Below the pieces are notes generated by a model. It made no database searches. It was not told where the DNA came from and saw only the letters and a list, made by a program, of their open reading frames with translations. Positions 38,640 through 49,571 of a stretch of DNA of 64,000 nt are shown piece by piece; position 1 is the stretch's first letter; each line of letters opens with the position of its first letter. The position numbers were made by a program, and so were the translations under genes. Origin of the DNA: Selaginella moellendorffii (lineage: Eukaryota > Plantae > Lycopodiophyta). Where the stretch lies: assembly GCF_000143415.4 (NCBI RefSeq), contig NW_003314320.1:1202796-1266795 (forward strand), in the 5' to 3' direction.

Positions 38640-39400
38640 GCTTTTATGAGTGTAAGATTGCCAAGGCCGAAGAGTTTGTAGTGCACGTGGAGGCTAAAGA
38701 GCAACAAAGCTTCAAGACTTGCATGGCTACCTGGTTTGGACCTGCGTCTGGCTCCTAACAGCACGCAACTCGTGGAGTCTCCGATGGTTGATTCGTTATC
38801 CATTTGAGGGCATTGTAGTGGCGAGCTCAAAGATCGACCACAAGCTTTCACTGGGAGGTCCTGTTGTCAACCGTGCCGGCGAGATGATAGGGGTGATTAT
38901 TGCACACAGCCTACTGAAGAAAAACAGCGACTCGAGAGGAAAAGCGTGCGTTACCTGGTTTGGAACCAAGATGTGTTTCGGACTTGCAGGAGTTTCTAGA
39001 TGATGCACTGAAATGGAAGAAGCACTCGAGGTGATGCAAATTATGAGAGTTAAGTTCATTGGTACTTCTTTCTGGTTCCTATTTCTTTCTTGTCTTTTAG
39101 AGTGGAAAAATTGCTTGGAACTCAGGAGGTTGGTCGCGTGCATGGGAGCTGACTTCACTTCTCCCGCTCAGGAGTGGTATTCGCAGCATCCACTGACAGG
39201 TTCTTAAACATCTATTTGATTTTGTTGACACTAATGTATTTTTCGCTTGCAGAATTCATCGACAGAGCTTTGAGGCAGTTTAATGCTCCAGCGCCTAATC
39301 GTCCGACGTCCGCATGTCCGAGGAGAAAATCCAGAACTTCTACAAGGAGCAGGAAGCTGTCAGAAAGTTCTTCCATCGATGGAAAAACCCAATTTTCGCC
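38640..39400 (+). pseudogene. Second, 5'-truncated copy of the trypsin-like pseudogene and its downstream sequence
   Basis: Aligns to 31855-32540 (FYECKIAKAEEFVVH, KIDHKLSLGGPVVN). Confidence 0.85.
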
Positions 39401-40269
39401 TGTACATCTAAAAGACTCCTATTCTTTCGTTCACAATCGTGTGCTTCTTTCTCTCGGATGAGAGATCTGGAGGAATTTGGGAGTTCTTTCTCTAGTTTCT
39501 TCGTAGATCTTCTTCACAGATTTAAATTTGCATAAGCAAAGATCATGGTGAAAGCATAGATCGAGCGCCAGTTTTCTGTCGAGCAGGAGTGTGACCTCAT
39601 GGAAAACGAGCTCCGCATCTTCCTAGCATATCTGCAAAGTTGGACGATGGAATAATGCAGCCTTTTATTAAAACAGAATATCTAGATCTTGTTGTCAAGA
39701 CTGATTCTAATTGTCAAGATAAGCTCGAAAAAGCAATGCCTTTGTCTCATTTTTATTTTACTCCAGATGTTGTCTTTCATACAGGCCACCAAAATGCCCA
39801 TAGTCTCAACCGATGATTATTCCGCAAGATCCTCTAACTTGCTGTCTACTCTTGGTGTATGATCTCGCTCGCTTTCTCCTAATTTGCTGACAGACACGGT
39901 CTATACAAGAAGACTGTGGCTTTTCCTCTACGTCGATTTGCGATTCTAATCTTTGCTTGGACGTTTTACATACGAGTGCAACGTGCCAAATTAGCATTCA
40001 TAGGCGATGACTATGCATGGATTCCAATGGCCCCAGATGGGGACACGTCATGCCCACACATCGATGGACACATTCATACACAGGGAAGGAAAATTTTCCC
40101 GCGACTTTGGAGGTCGGCGGTTCGATTTATGATAATGGGTGTTTTCTTGCCAACGCCAAGCAACTCGCATCTTGGGCGGTATCTTTGGCTGGTTCACCGA
40201 TCAAGAAGAAGCGATGGCGCCCGCGCTCTCTTCTCTCTTCTCATCTACCGGCGTGTAGCCGATCAATCC

Positions 40270-42448
40270 ATGGCCGCCTGGATTACTGGGATGCTGGCGA
40301 TCGCGGCATTCTTGCAGATTTCCAGCACCGCGCAGCTCAATCTCTCCAGCAACATCGAAATTCTGGGGTTTCTTGATGGCCAGGGCTCGGTCGCGATCGA
40401 GGGACTGATAGGGATTGGGAAGGAGGAGAGCGTTGCTGTGGCGGAGGTGGAGGAGGAGATTATCTCGTCGCGGCTGTCACAAAATTCTACTTCCGACAAT
40501 TCAAGGCTCAGGGACTTGAGGCGCTCGATTTCTTCCCAAGCCTGCAAGTCGATCCCAACGGATTCAATCCCTTGCCAGATCGAGAATGAGTCTAATTCCT
40601 CCAGCTGCGAGCGCCGGCGCATTGAAAATCCCTGTCTCGTTCCGCTGCCACGGGGATACACGCGCCCGGATGCCTGGCCTTCTTGCGTCCACAAGGTTCG
40701 CGCCGCTTGCGATTCCTTCCCTCCAAGCGAAGAGGAATTCTAGGGTTTGATCCTTTCGATTTGATGCCAGGCAAGGGCGGAGAACATCGGCAATGGCGAT
40801 CTTGCGCGGTCGACCGCCGCTGCGATCCAAATGCACGGCACCAAAATCTCGTTTCGATCTGCCGAACTGGACGCCGCCAGGAAATATGTCGATGAGCTCC
40901 TCCAGGTAGTAGTGGCATTCTTGAGATGTACAGAAGAATTCTTGCTTTCTACAGTCGCTACCAGGATTTGAGCCCCGGTTGGCCCTGAATCTAGAGGCCG
41001 GTGTGGGGAGCTTGAGCGTGGAGTTTGATAGACATGGAGTTTTGGCGCTTTCCATCGCATCGAAGAAATCGAGAGCCGATGCCATCCAGCTTGTTCTCGA
41101 GAGAGGCTTTCCCGGAATGGTCCAGAGTTTTGCCAGAGAAAGACTTCCATATCCAAGCGAGGCCTTTGATCTCATCCATTGTGGAAGCTGTAGTACGTCT
41201 TGGGCCAGGAAGAGTGAGTGAGCATTGGATGTCTAAGCAATTGACAAACTGGTTTCTTGCTTGCAGGAGCGTTGCATCTTTTCGAAGCTGATCGAATTTT
41301 GCGACGAGGTGGTCTTTTCGTTTGGAGCAATACATCAGGAAAAGAAAAACTATGGAACGGTTAGTCTTTTTCAGTTTTCTTTTTATCTTGATGGTCTTGA
41401 TTGATAGAAGCTTTCTCTGCATTTGGCAGATATGTTGAAAGCAGCAGTTTCGATGTGTTGGATCCTGGCTTCGAGAAAAAACAAAGTTGCTATTTGGCAA
41501 AAGCCCACGAACAATTCGTGTTATCAGCTACAAAACCACTCGGTGTTTTGTGATCCTGGAAGTCCACCTCCTGATGATGCTTGGTAAAATACTCGCGAAG
41601 GGTATGTGATAAGCTGTTGGACTCACACTCAGGTTTTATGCTTTTCGCTGTCAGGGGCATTCCATTGCAAGCTTGTATATCCGGTCCTTCAAAACTAGCA
41701 GCAACAAGTGAAAGACGCAGCTGGCCAACACGATTGCTAAATGCGATGCGCCTCAAGACCATCCTTTCTTACAACAGCTTGAAGTTGGCCACAGTGGAGG
41801 CGTATGAAGCTGACCTGAACTACTGGAAAATGCTGACGGATTTTTACTTGACATCTTTGGGTCCATCAAGGATTCGGGAGATTCGCAACGTTCTCGATAC
41901 AAACGCTGGATATGGCGGGTAAGAGAGAGGCTTCTTGCGTTTTGGAAGCTGATAAAGCTTGGAGATTGTTACGTAGGTTTGCTGCTGCATTGGCATCACG
42001 AAATCCTGCTCTGTCATGGTGGGTGCTCAACGTTTCTCCGGTGGACAATCCTCACAACCACCTCGCAAACATATTTGATCGAGGACTGCTGGGAGTTTAT
42101 CACGATTGGTGCAAAGCTCTGCCCATGTATCCACGCTCCTTCGACTTGGTGCATGCTTCTCGACTCTTCTCCGCCAAGCACAAGTAAGCCCCTTGTGATA
42201 GTTTTGATTTCCGTAGTTGCTAATCGCTGATCTGGTGCAGTTGCTCAATGGTTGTCATCCTTCTCGAGATCGATAGATTGCTAAGGCCTGGAGGTTTTGC
42301 GATATTTCGAGATGACATAGGGACGCTGCTAGAGGTGAGGAGTATTGCCAACGCTTTGCATTGGAAGACAACGATTCAGGACACTGATAGTGGACCTCAG
42401 GGCAAAGATAAAGTCATGCATTCCCAAAAGACTTCTTGGCAACCATAG
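40270..42448 (+). CDS. PMT/DUF248 (Methyltransf_29) SAM-dependent methyltransferase, divergent, multi-exon
   Basis: N-terminal transmembrane segment; CLVPLPRGY; IQLVLERG; RLPYPSEAFDLIHC; IRNVLDTNAGYGGFAAAL; DRGLLGVYHDWC; YPRSFDLVHA; LLEIDRLLRPGG. Confidence 0.9.
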
Positions 42449-42668
42449 TGAGGCGAGAGAACTGTGTATTTTGTTTCCGAATTTAAGAGCACGTCTTCCA
42501 TTCAGTTTCAACGTTGATGCTTTCATAAGGTGATCGGTGGAACTCGTTCATGCTGAGAATATTCTTTATTTCTAGTCAGTTCAACTGTCTGTATTTGCCG
42601 TCGCCCACTTCACGCCCATTTCATTTGGTCAGTAAGATGCAATGCTCTGGAGATCGCCCGGGTGCAGC

Positions 42669-42802
42669 GCCATCAGAGAAAATATGTAGCTCCGATACCA
42701 TGTTGGAATGAGGAAGTGTGGACAATGTGTCTATTATGGATCCATTGTCCATGTTTCCTCATTCCTTCATGGTATCGTAGCTGCATATGTGCTTTGATTG
42801 GC
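42669..42802 (+). ncRNA. Candidate pre-miRNA hairpin, miR845/miR1511-like (antisense to the tRNA-iMet PBS)
   Basis: Stem of about 60 bp with G:U pairs favouring the + strand. The 21-mer UAGCUCCGAUACCAUGUUGGA (42687-42707) pairs with the 3' arm with 3 mismatches and no bulge. A lower stem of about 18 nt lies below it. Confidence 0.7.
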
Positions 42803-42989
42803 TAGTTGTTTCCCACCTGGTCTAGTTATAATGCAAATGGAACGGTTCTAGTTCATGGAAAAGGATCTGTGGGACAAAGTTTCCAGAAGATAAGGGAGAA
42901 CAACACAGGGGAAGGATCTCCTTGTGAAAAGTAGCATCTGACATTTTGGAGGCGCCAACCACGGCGACGAGGTGTCTCCATACACAGTG

Positions 42990-43310
42990 AGGACCTACGG
43001 TGTACAAGACGATCTTGGTCTTCAGTGCTACACCAAGGGAATACATGCAGGAAATCGTGAGCAAGAAAGTGGATCCAAGTGGCAGGCTTCTATTCCGCAG
43101 AGGACATGGAGTGGATGCAGAGTCCAGCAAGCCGGGACAGGATTAAGGACTTGAGGACTGGACAAGGGCTTGAATAAGCTTGTGTGGCTGATGACACTCC
43201 CTACAATCCATCCCATGAGCGGGATCGTGGTGTCACCTTTCATGGGTGATCCTGGTGACTAGGAGCTGCAGGAACTTGCTAAGTGTCGGGATGTGGTTGA
43301 TGCTCTTCGC
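42990..43310 (+). pseudogene. Fragment of an NIF/SCP-type HAD (CTD-phosphatase-like) gene, frameshifted
   Basis: ILVFSATPREYMQEIV...IKDLR..DKGLNK..VADDTP...GIVVSPFMGDPGD*ELQEL resembles the NIF-domain C-terminal half. Confidence 0.65.
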
Positions 43311-43311
43311 A

Positions 43312-43410
43312 TCAGGACACTGATAACGTCGGGGCAAAGATAAAGTCATGCATACCTCTATAGTAAAGCGAGATCGTTTTGAAAGAATTGTGTATTTTGT
43401 TAACACGTCT
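43312..43410 (+). repeat. Degenerate duplicate of the PMT 3' end
   Basis: tcaggacactgata...gggcaaagataaagtcatgcat...tgtgtattttgtt matches 42376-42476. Confidence 0.85.
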
Positions 43411-43426
43411 TACAAGTGGCATGGTT

Positions 43427-46400
43427 TCATACTTTTCCATATCGCCAGTATTGTGCCCAGCGATGCATTGTATCCACCACTTGAGGAAAAAGAGCATTAA
43501 CACTCTCGTTTATCAGTAATTGGAAAAACTGGATAGCTTCCTCGTCGTCCAAAGATAATTGGAATTTTTCTTGCAACTACAAGCAAAACACGGCACGATT
43601 ACTGCTGCTGACATACAAGGAAAACTTACCTTCAAGATTGCAACTTCGGAATTTGACATTAAATAGAAGAGGTTCAGTATTAAGTTGCTGGACTTCCTCA
43701 GAATGTTGAATGCCTCACAGCAGTATAGCTTAAACTTCCCGTAGTATTCACTGTAAACGACATGGATAAATTGGTTTGAAAAAGGACAAATCCCGTTACC
43801 TGTTAATACCTCCCATGGCGTCGACCATTTCTTTACACAGCTTCATAGGTGGAGGGAAAGGCTTTGGATCCTTGCCAAGAATGAAGCCAAAATCTACATG
43901 AAATAATCGTCCATCGTCTCTGATCAGTAAGTTTTCCAAGTGCCTGTAGATGGAGAAGCTTCAAACCCGTTAACAAGCACTAACAAGAATGCTTGCCTGT
44001 CTCCCACACCCAAAATGTACGTTATAACACAATATCCAGCGCAGCTCTTCACAAAAGTTTCGAGACATGGTGCGCTGATCCCGAATTGACCCTCTGGATC
44101 GGGATGGCATTGTCGAAAGTAGTTGATAATAGACCTGTGACGGACCAAAATCTGCAACAATAATTAACGCCTGAAAAGAAGAAGAAGAAGAAAAAAAAAA
44201 CAACAAAAACAAAACAAAACATACCGTTTGCAAATTCTTTGATCCTGTCACGAACTCGAGCAATCCCTCGTCCTTGTTGGTAGCAAGAACCCTGTAAGGC
44301 GTGAGCTGCAGATCAAGGTTCTCCACTTTCAGAAGCTGGTCCATCAGAGTGATAAGTTGGATCACCTATAACGGAGTAAGTTACTTTCCTCGCAAAACAA
44401 CGAAAAAAGAAAAAGAAAAGCTCACCAGCTGATCTTGTTGGAGATCATCACCTTTTTTGAACATGACCTTGCAGCTTCCACCAGCCACAGTTCGAAAAGT
44501 TAATACTAGTGGACTACGTGAACTCGTGAACACTGATGATTCACGTGGTACGATCCCCGTGATTATAATTTTCGGATCCAAGGGGGAAGGCAGCTCCTCA
44601 AAGGAGGTCAAGTCGCTAAGCAGTTGACGAAGCTTCTCGTCCTTGTCAGCAACATCCTTGACAGCCGTGGTAATACTGCAGAGCTTAGAAACAAGCTCAG
44701 TTTGACGGTGAAGCTGGTCCAGCAGCGGCTTTCCACTATAATCCATAGGCTTCTCCTGAAACAGAATTTATAGCAGAAGGAAATCAATATAACATGCACA
44801 CACCTTCAACATCTGTGTCTCAAACAAGTCGTGCACGGAAAAAAATCTCTTCGTTTTGTTTGATGGCTCTGTCGCTTTGGCGAGTTCCTTCATCACATAC
44901 CAATGAAAAGAATTAGCCAGGTCTGGGATTTGCACCGCTGTAGGAAGGTTGTTTGTCAGACCAGCCAGACTTGGTAGCACAAGAATCGGCTTACCTTTCT
45001 GTACCAAAAAATAAGCAAGCGGGGACTTGTCACATCGTTCAAACTGAAGAGCTTGTACTAGCTGCAACCAGTAGCACTGCAGCTCCTCCGCCGTTGTTTT
45101 CTTCCTCAAAGCCTCAACTGCATATGCTCGTACCTGGAATGCACCTAACGTGGTAAGGATAAAAGAAACTGCTGTGGGACTAGTACCTCCTCACTCTCAA
45201 AATCAGCAGATAAGAGCTCCAGAGCATCTGGAATATCAACAGGTTCCCACTTATGCATCAATTCCGTCGCTTGCTTTGCTTCCTGCACGAATAAAGAAGT
45301 AATCAGGAGGAAAAACTCCAGAGTACACCACCTGTGCGTCATTCCAATCAACGCATCGAAGAAACTTTGTAAGCGCCTTTTTGTCGGTCGACAAGTAGAA
45401 ACGAAATTTCCACAGTAACATTTTGTCATCGCTAGTCAGCTTTTGCGTGGGAGGAGAATTACACACTTGCATGAGTACTCTGCAAAAACATAATGTCTGA
45501 AAGAAACACCAATGACGAACTGTAGCGCACCTCTTTTCTTTGGAGCTCGGTTTCAAGTCCGGGTCAATGACAAGTCTTGAAATACTTCGAGCCAGTTTGA
45601 AGTGCTTGACCTCACAGGGATTTTCACGACCAATCTCGGTATCCCATAGTGCACACAAAGTTCTAGAAGTCGGTGGCTGAGAAAGTAACGCTTCAGCTCG
45701 TTCCTGGAACAATTGTAAGTTACAAGGGAGAAAAGCGGAAACACGAGGTAAAACCTGGTACTCGACGGCGTGTCCGAATGACCACAACTTCACTGTCAAA
45801 AAAAAATGAGTGCTGCTCTTTTTCTGCTCTGCCATGATCTTGTCGATAGCTTTCAAAGCCGAGTTGTCCAGCCAGTCAATGTGTTCGATCTCTCCTCTTT
45901 CATACTTCGAAAGGAGCTTGTCAAGACGTTCCACTTCCCCTCTCTCACCTTCCGGCACCTGAGAATACTTCGTTTGGCCAGTAAGTGATCTAAGCACGTA
46001 AATACCTTGCCAGGCGTGGTGCTTACAGCGGAACCATCGGCAACACGCCCTCGCCAAAGCCTGAGCCTCTGCTTTCCAGTTTTAAGCTGTCCCTTACTGT
46101 TAAATAGCTTAAGAGTTGAACCACCTACGGCGATTTCTTGCAATGGGTTCGATACATCCCACACCTGTAAACAAATGCATGGTCACAAAAACGACACAAA
46201 GCGGAAAACACTACACTTAACAGTGAAAGCTAGCTGCGCATTCAAAGACAAATCTCTGTACTTTCCAGTAAGTGTGATCGCCTCGTTCCACTTATAAGGC
46301 TTTTCGATTGCCAATCTTCATGGGAATCAAAAAAATTAAAAAATTTACCACGTAGATTTAACCATACCCAGTTCTTGTGACGAGGCCAAAAGGCGATCCA

Positions 46401-46592
46401 TCAATGTAAAGCGCGCATTCCACATAGAGCGCAGGAGAGAGATCTTCTGCAGTGGAAGGAAAAGAGTATATAAATAATAAAATTTTCCCTTGTACCTTGA
46501 GAGCTTGGAGGCGAGCGCAAATCTCCCTGCAAGGACTCTACAAGAGCTGTTACCGGAAAATTGATATCCGAGGAGAGGAACACTTGATCCAT
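43427..46592 (-). CDS. VPS34: Class III phosphatidylinositol 3-kinase VPS34, multi-exon, divergent
   Basis: FLSSDINFP; C2 domain ([11 protein letters not shown]); helical domain ([20 protein letters not shown]); kinase motifs [52 protein letters not shown] intron at 43996-43944 splits DRH. Confidence 0.94.
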
Positions 46593-46645
46593 TCGTTCCC
46601 CTTCTGCTAAGAAGCCCTAAGCCCTAGGTAATAATGGAGGGAAGT

Positions 46646-47077
46646 TCAAGCGACTAAGGCCAAGGGCCGTCGCTTGCGTGAGGAGGGGCAGCCAACAGAC
46701 TTGTCCTTGTTCTGTGACGATGATCTTGGCTGCCTCCCGGAATTGGCACTGCTTCTTCTCTTGCTGGGCGGAGGAAAATCTTCCCAAACAAAGAATTCTG
46801 TCGAATCGATCGTTTTGGCCCCAACTTCTGGAGCAGTGTAGTGCTGCGCGCGTGGTCCCTGCAGAGAATCGAGCTTCACCTGTTCTAATTTCTCCGCAAC
46901 TACATGCTGATTGCTCTCACTCTCATCTTGTAGCGGCTGTCGATCCTGCTGCTGCTCGGGACCTAATTCTACCTCACCGCCGAGCTCCTCGGGATGACAC
47001 ACAAGCTGCAGAAGCTCCGCCTTGCGGACAATCTCCTCGATTCTCCACCCGATCTCCCAGAGTTGCTGCTGCGCCAT
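46646..47077 (-). CDS. 143-aa protein of unknown function with a C-terminal RxxL (D-box-like) motif
   Basis: ATG-TGA ORF with a telobox-like tttagggc 15 nt upstream and MSA-like elements further upstream; ends RKRRPLALVA. Confidence 0.5.
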   Translation of the reverse strand: MAQQQLWEIGWRIEEIVRKAELLQLVCHPEELGGEVELGPEQQQDRQPLQDESESNQHVVAEKLEQVKLDSLQGPRAQHYTAPEVGAKTIDSTEFFVWEDFPPPSKRRSSANSGRQPRSSSQNKDKSVGCPSSRKRRPLALVA

Positions 47078-47137
47078 TGCTCTCTCGCCAGAGCCCTAAA
47101 AGCGTTTCCCGCTCTACGCTTTAATTTTAAAATTTAA

Positions 47138-47178
47138 GCCCGTTAGAAGTGCCGAATTCTAAAAATCATCCAACGGTC
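47138..47178. promoter_or_regulatory. Pair of MSA-like elements (YCYAACGG)
   Basis: TCTAACGGGC on the minus strand at 47138-47147 and TCCAACGGTC on the plus strand at 47169-47178. Confidence 0.5.
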
Positions 47179-49571
47179 TGTAACCCTGCAAATTTCTAGT
47201 ATCTCAACTAGTGCCCCAGTGCGCTCTCGTAGTCTCCCTGACGAAAGAATGCATTGCCTTGGGCCTAGAAACAAGAAAAGTTCTCACAAACAACTAGAAC
47301 AAAGATTGAAAGATTCATCAATTCCACACACATGAGCACTATGAGTTTATCGGATGATAACTGCATTGAAATATTTTTTGTGTTCCAATCTAAAATCCCA
47401 ATTTCCGCCAGGGTTAAGAAAATAATGTATGAATTCATTTATTTAAATATAATTTTTGTACATAAAGGTATAATATAAAAGTTTATATGAAACTAATTTT
47501 TAGAAAAACAAATCTTAAAAACCACTCATTACCAAAAAGTCTAAACTTATCCTAAGTCTGTCCATTTATGGCCCAATATCCGTCTGTTTATAGCCTAAGA
47601 TTTTGTTTATCGTGTAAGCGACTAATGTTTCCATTCTACTTTAGTCACTTAACCACACCTCCAACCACTTGGAGGAATCTCACTCACAACCTCCATAAGT
47701 CTTATTTTGGACTTGGGCTTGCTAGTCCCAAGAATGGCATCCCTGCCACTTGACCTTTGCACTTGGTCCAAGTGCTCCACGTGTCCGATCCCATGACCGA
47801 CACCCCAAAATACCATCGACATATCAGCCTGTTACACTAAGGCCATGCCCATTCACCTTGGTCACATTGGTGGTCTGACACCACCTACATTACAGTCCCG
47901 TCTCTCAAAGACTAGGTCATCTGTCCATGAATGATCATCCAAGCTCTATTTCGTTAAAGTGGGATTTATTCAGTAAAATGGGACTAGGTACAAATTTTCA
48001 AGTATTTGAAAATGACGTGAAATTATATGTTTTTTGTCCAGGGGCTAGACATATCTGGGGCATGGTGACTAGTGCGGTGACTTTGTGTCCAGACTGAGTC
48101 CATCTGGTTGTATAATAAATCTCATTGTCAAGGTGAACAAGCCGAATCTGAAACTAAAGAAGAGCGACGGCATGCACGCACACACTATTTGTTTGTTCAT
48201 TGAGCATGTGGTGAGCTTTCCAAGATGAACGTCATTCCTATTAGCCAGACATATAACTTAATGGTGAGAACATTTAGATATTATTCAATGTTATCTTTTT
48301 CTAACGAATCTAATTATGAAGGTGTAGCAAGAGGCATTACTAGTCTGGAGAAGTCATTTAACTCATTTGACCCTTAGTGTATTTTCATGAAACTAAATAA
48401 CATTCATATTATTAAGGAATTTCTCTAGTACCTTTTTTTTACGACATAGAGGCTTGCATTTCTTTCAAAGGTGATTTAGTAAAAGGCCTGAGGGCACATG
48501 CCATTCTATTTCTCAGACCGGTATTAAGATATACTAGTGCAAAGGGAAAAAGGTATTTGGTGATCAAGTAAATGGCATGAGGGCACACGCCATTATAAGC
48601 CTAAGCGCTAGTGGACACCTCCTTTTTGGTACTCTCAGCGGTACTATCATCCTTCTCCGGGTCAGTTGTTTTGCTTTGGATTGTTGTCTCTGATGTTACT
48701 GGGGCGTTCTCGATAGTTGTTAATGTTGCCGTTTGTTCAGAAAAATGATCACCTGGAGTATAGTACGGGGAGTTTGGAAGACTTATATATTCTACATCTT
48801 CACCTATCTCCTTCTCCGTCTCCTTTTTTGCCTCACTTACAGATTTTGTGCTTGCCATGAGAACGCTCTTCACCCTAAAATATGGAGTTCGTTGTGTTAT
48901 AAAACGAAACTAACACACACGCTGCAAGGGAATGATGGTACATAAAGCACGTAAGCCCACAATATGGGTTTATGTGCCATTAATATGGGCCACACGCCAT
49001 ATTATTAGATTTATGCACGTGTGATTGGTAAATGCATATGTCACATCATCTTTGTTTTACCTCACACACTATATCAGGCCTAATGAACCATATCACATGT
49101 GCGCACATGCTATATATATGGAGAAGTATTATGCAAGGATAGAAAAATTCAATGCATGATTGTGGAGAGCAATGGCATGAAGCCACATGCTAAATAACAT
49201 TTTAGAGAAAGAATTAAAATAGAAACATGCAAACAGTACTGAGTGGACCAAGACTTAGAAGTGCACAATTGAATGAGGTATTTCTAATAAATATTTCACT
49301 CACCTCATATAGGAATGGCTACCACTCTCAAATGGCGTATCGCCTCATGCCATCACCTCGCAATTTGTTATAACAATCCGATGAATTCATATTCGGCTTG
49401 TTCACCTTGAACTTTAAGTAAGATTTACTAGAACAACTAAGAATTTATACTTGTTATTTGTATCATCTCACCTAGGAATGGCGTAAGGCCACATGCCATC
49501 ACGCCTCCTCTGATTCAGATTCGGATTGTTCACCTTGAAATAAAATACATTAGAAACTTAGTAAAGGAATA

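Noticed and set aside
39916-40269. 5' extension of the PMT ORF from a GTG
   Set aside because: It reads as upstream/UTR sequence; the membrane anchor begins at ATG 40270.
47196-47240. CTAG motifs as a Helitron 3' end
   Set aside because: No convincing subterminal GC-rich hairpin.
48601-48873. Acidic minus-strand ORF (also 53830-54134) as additional transposon genes
   Set aside because: Possibly exons, but no motif or reliable gene model could be built.
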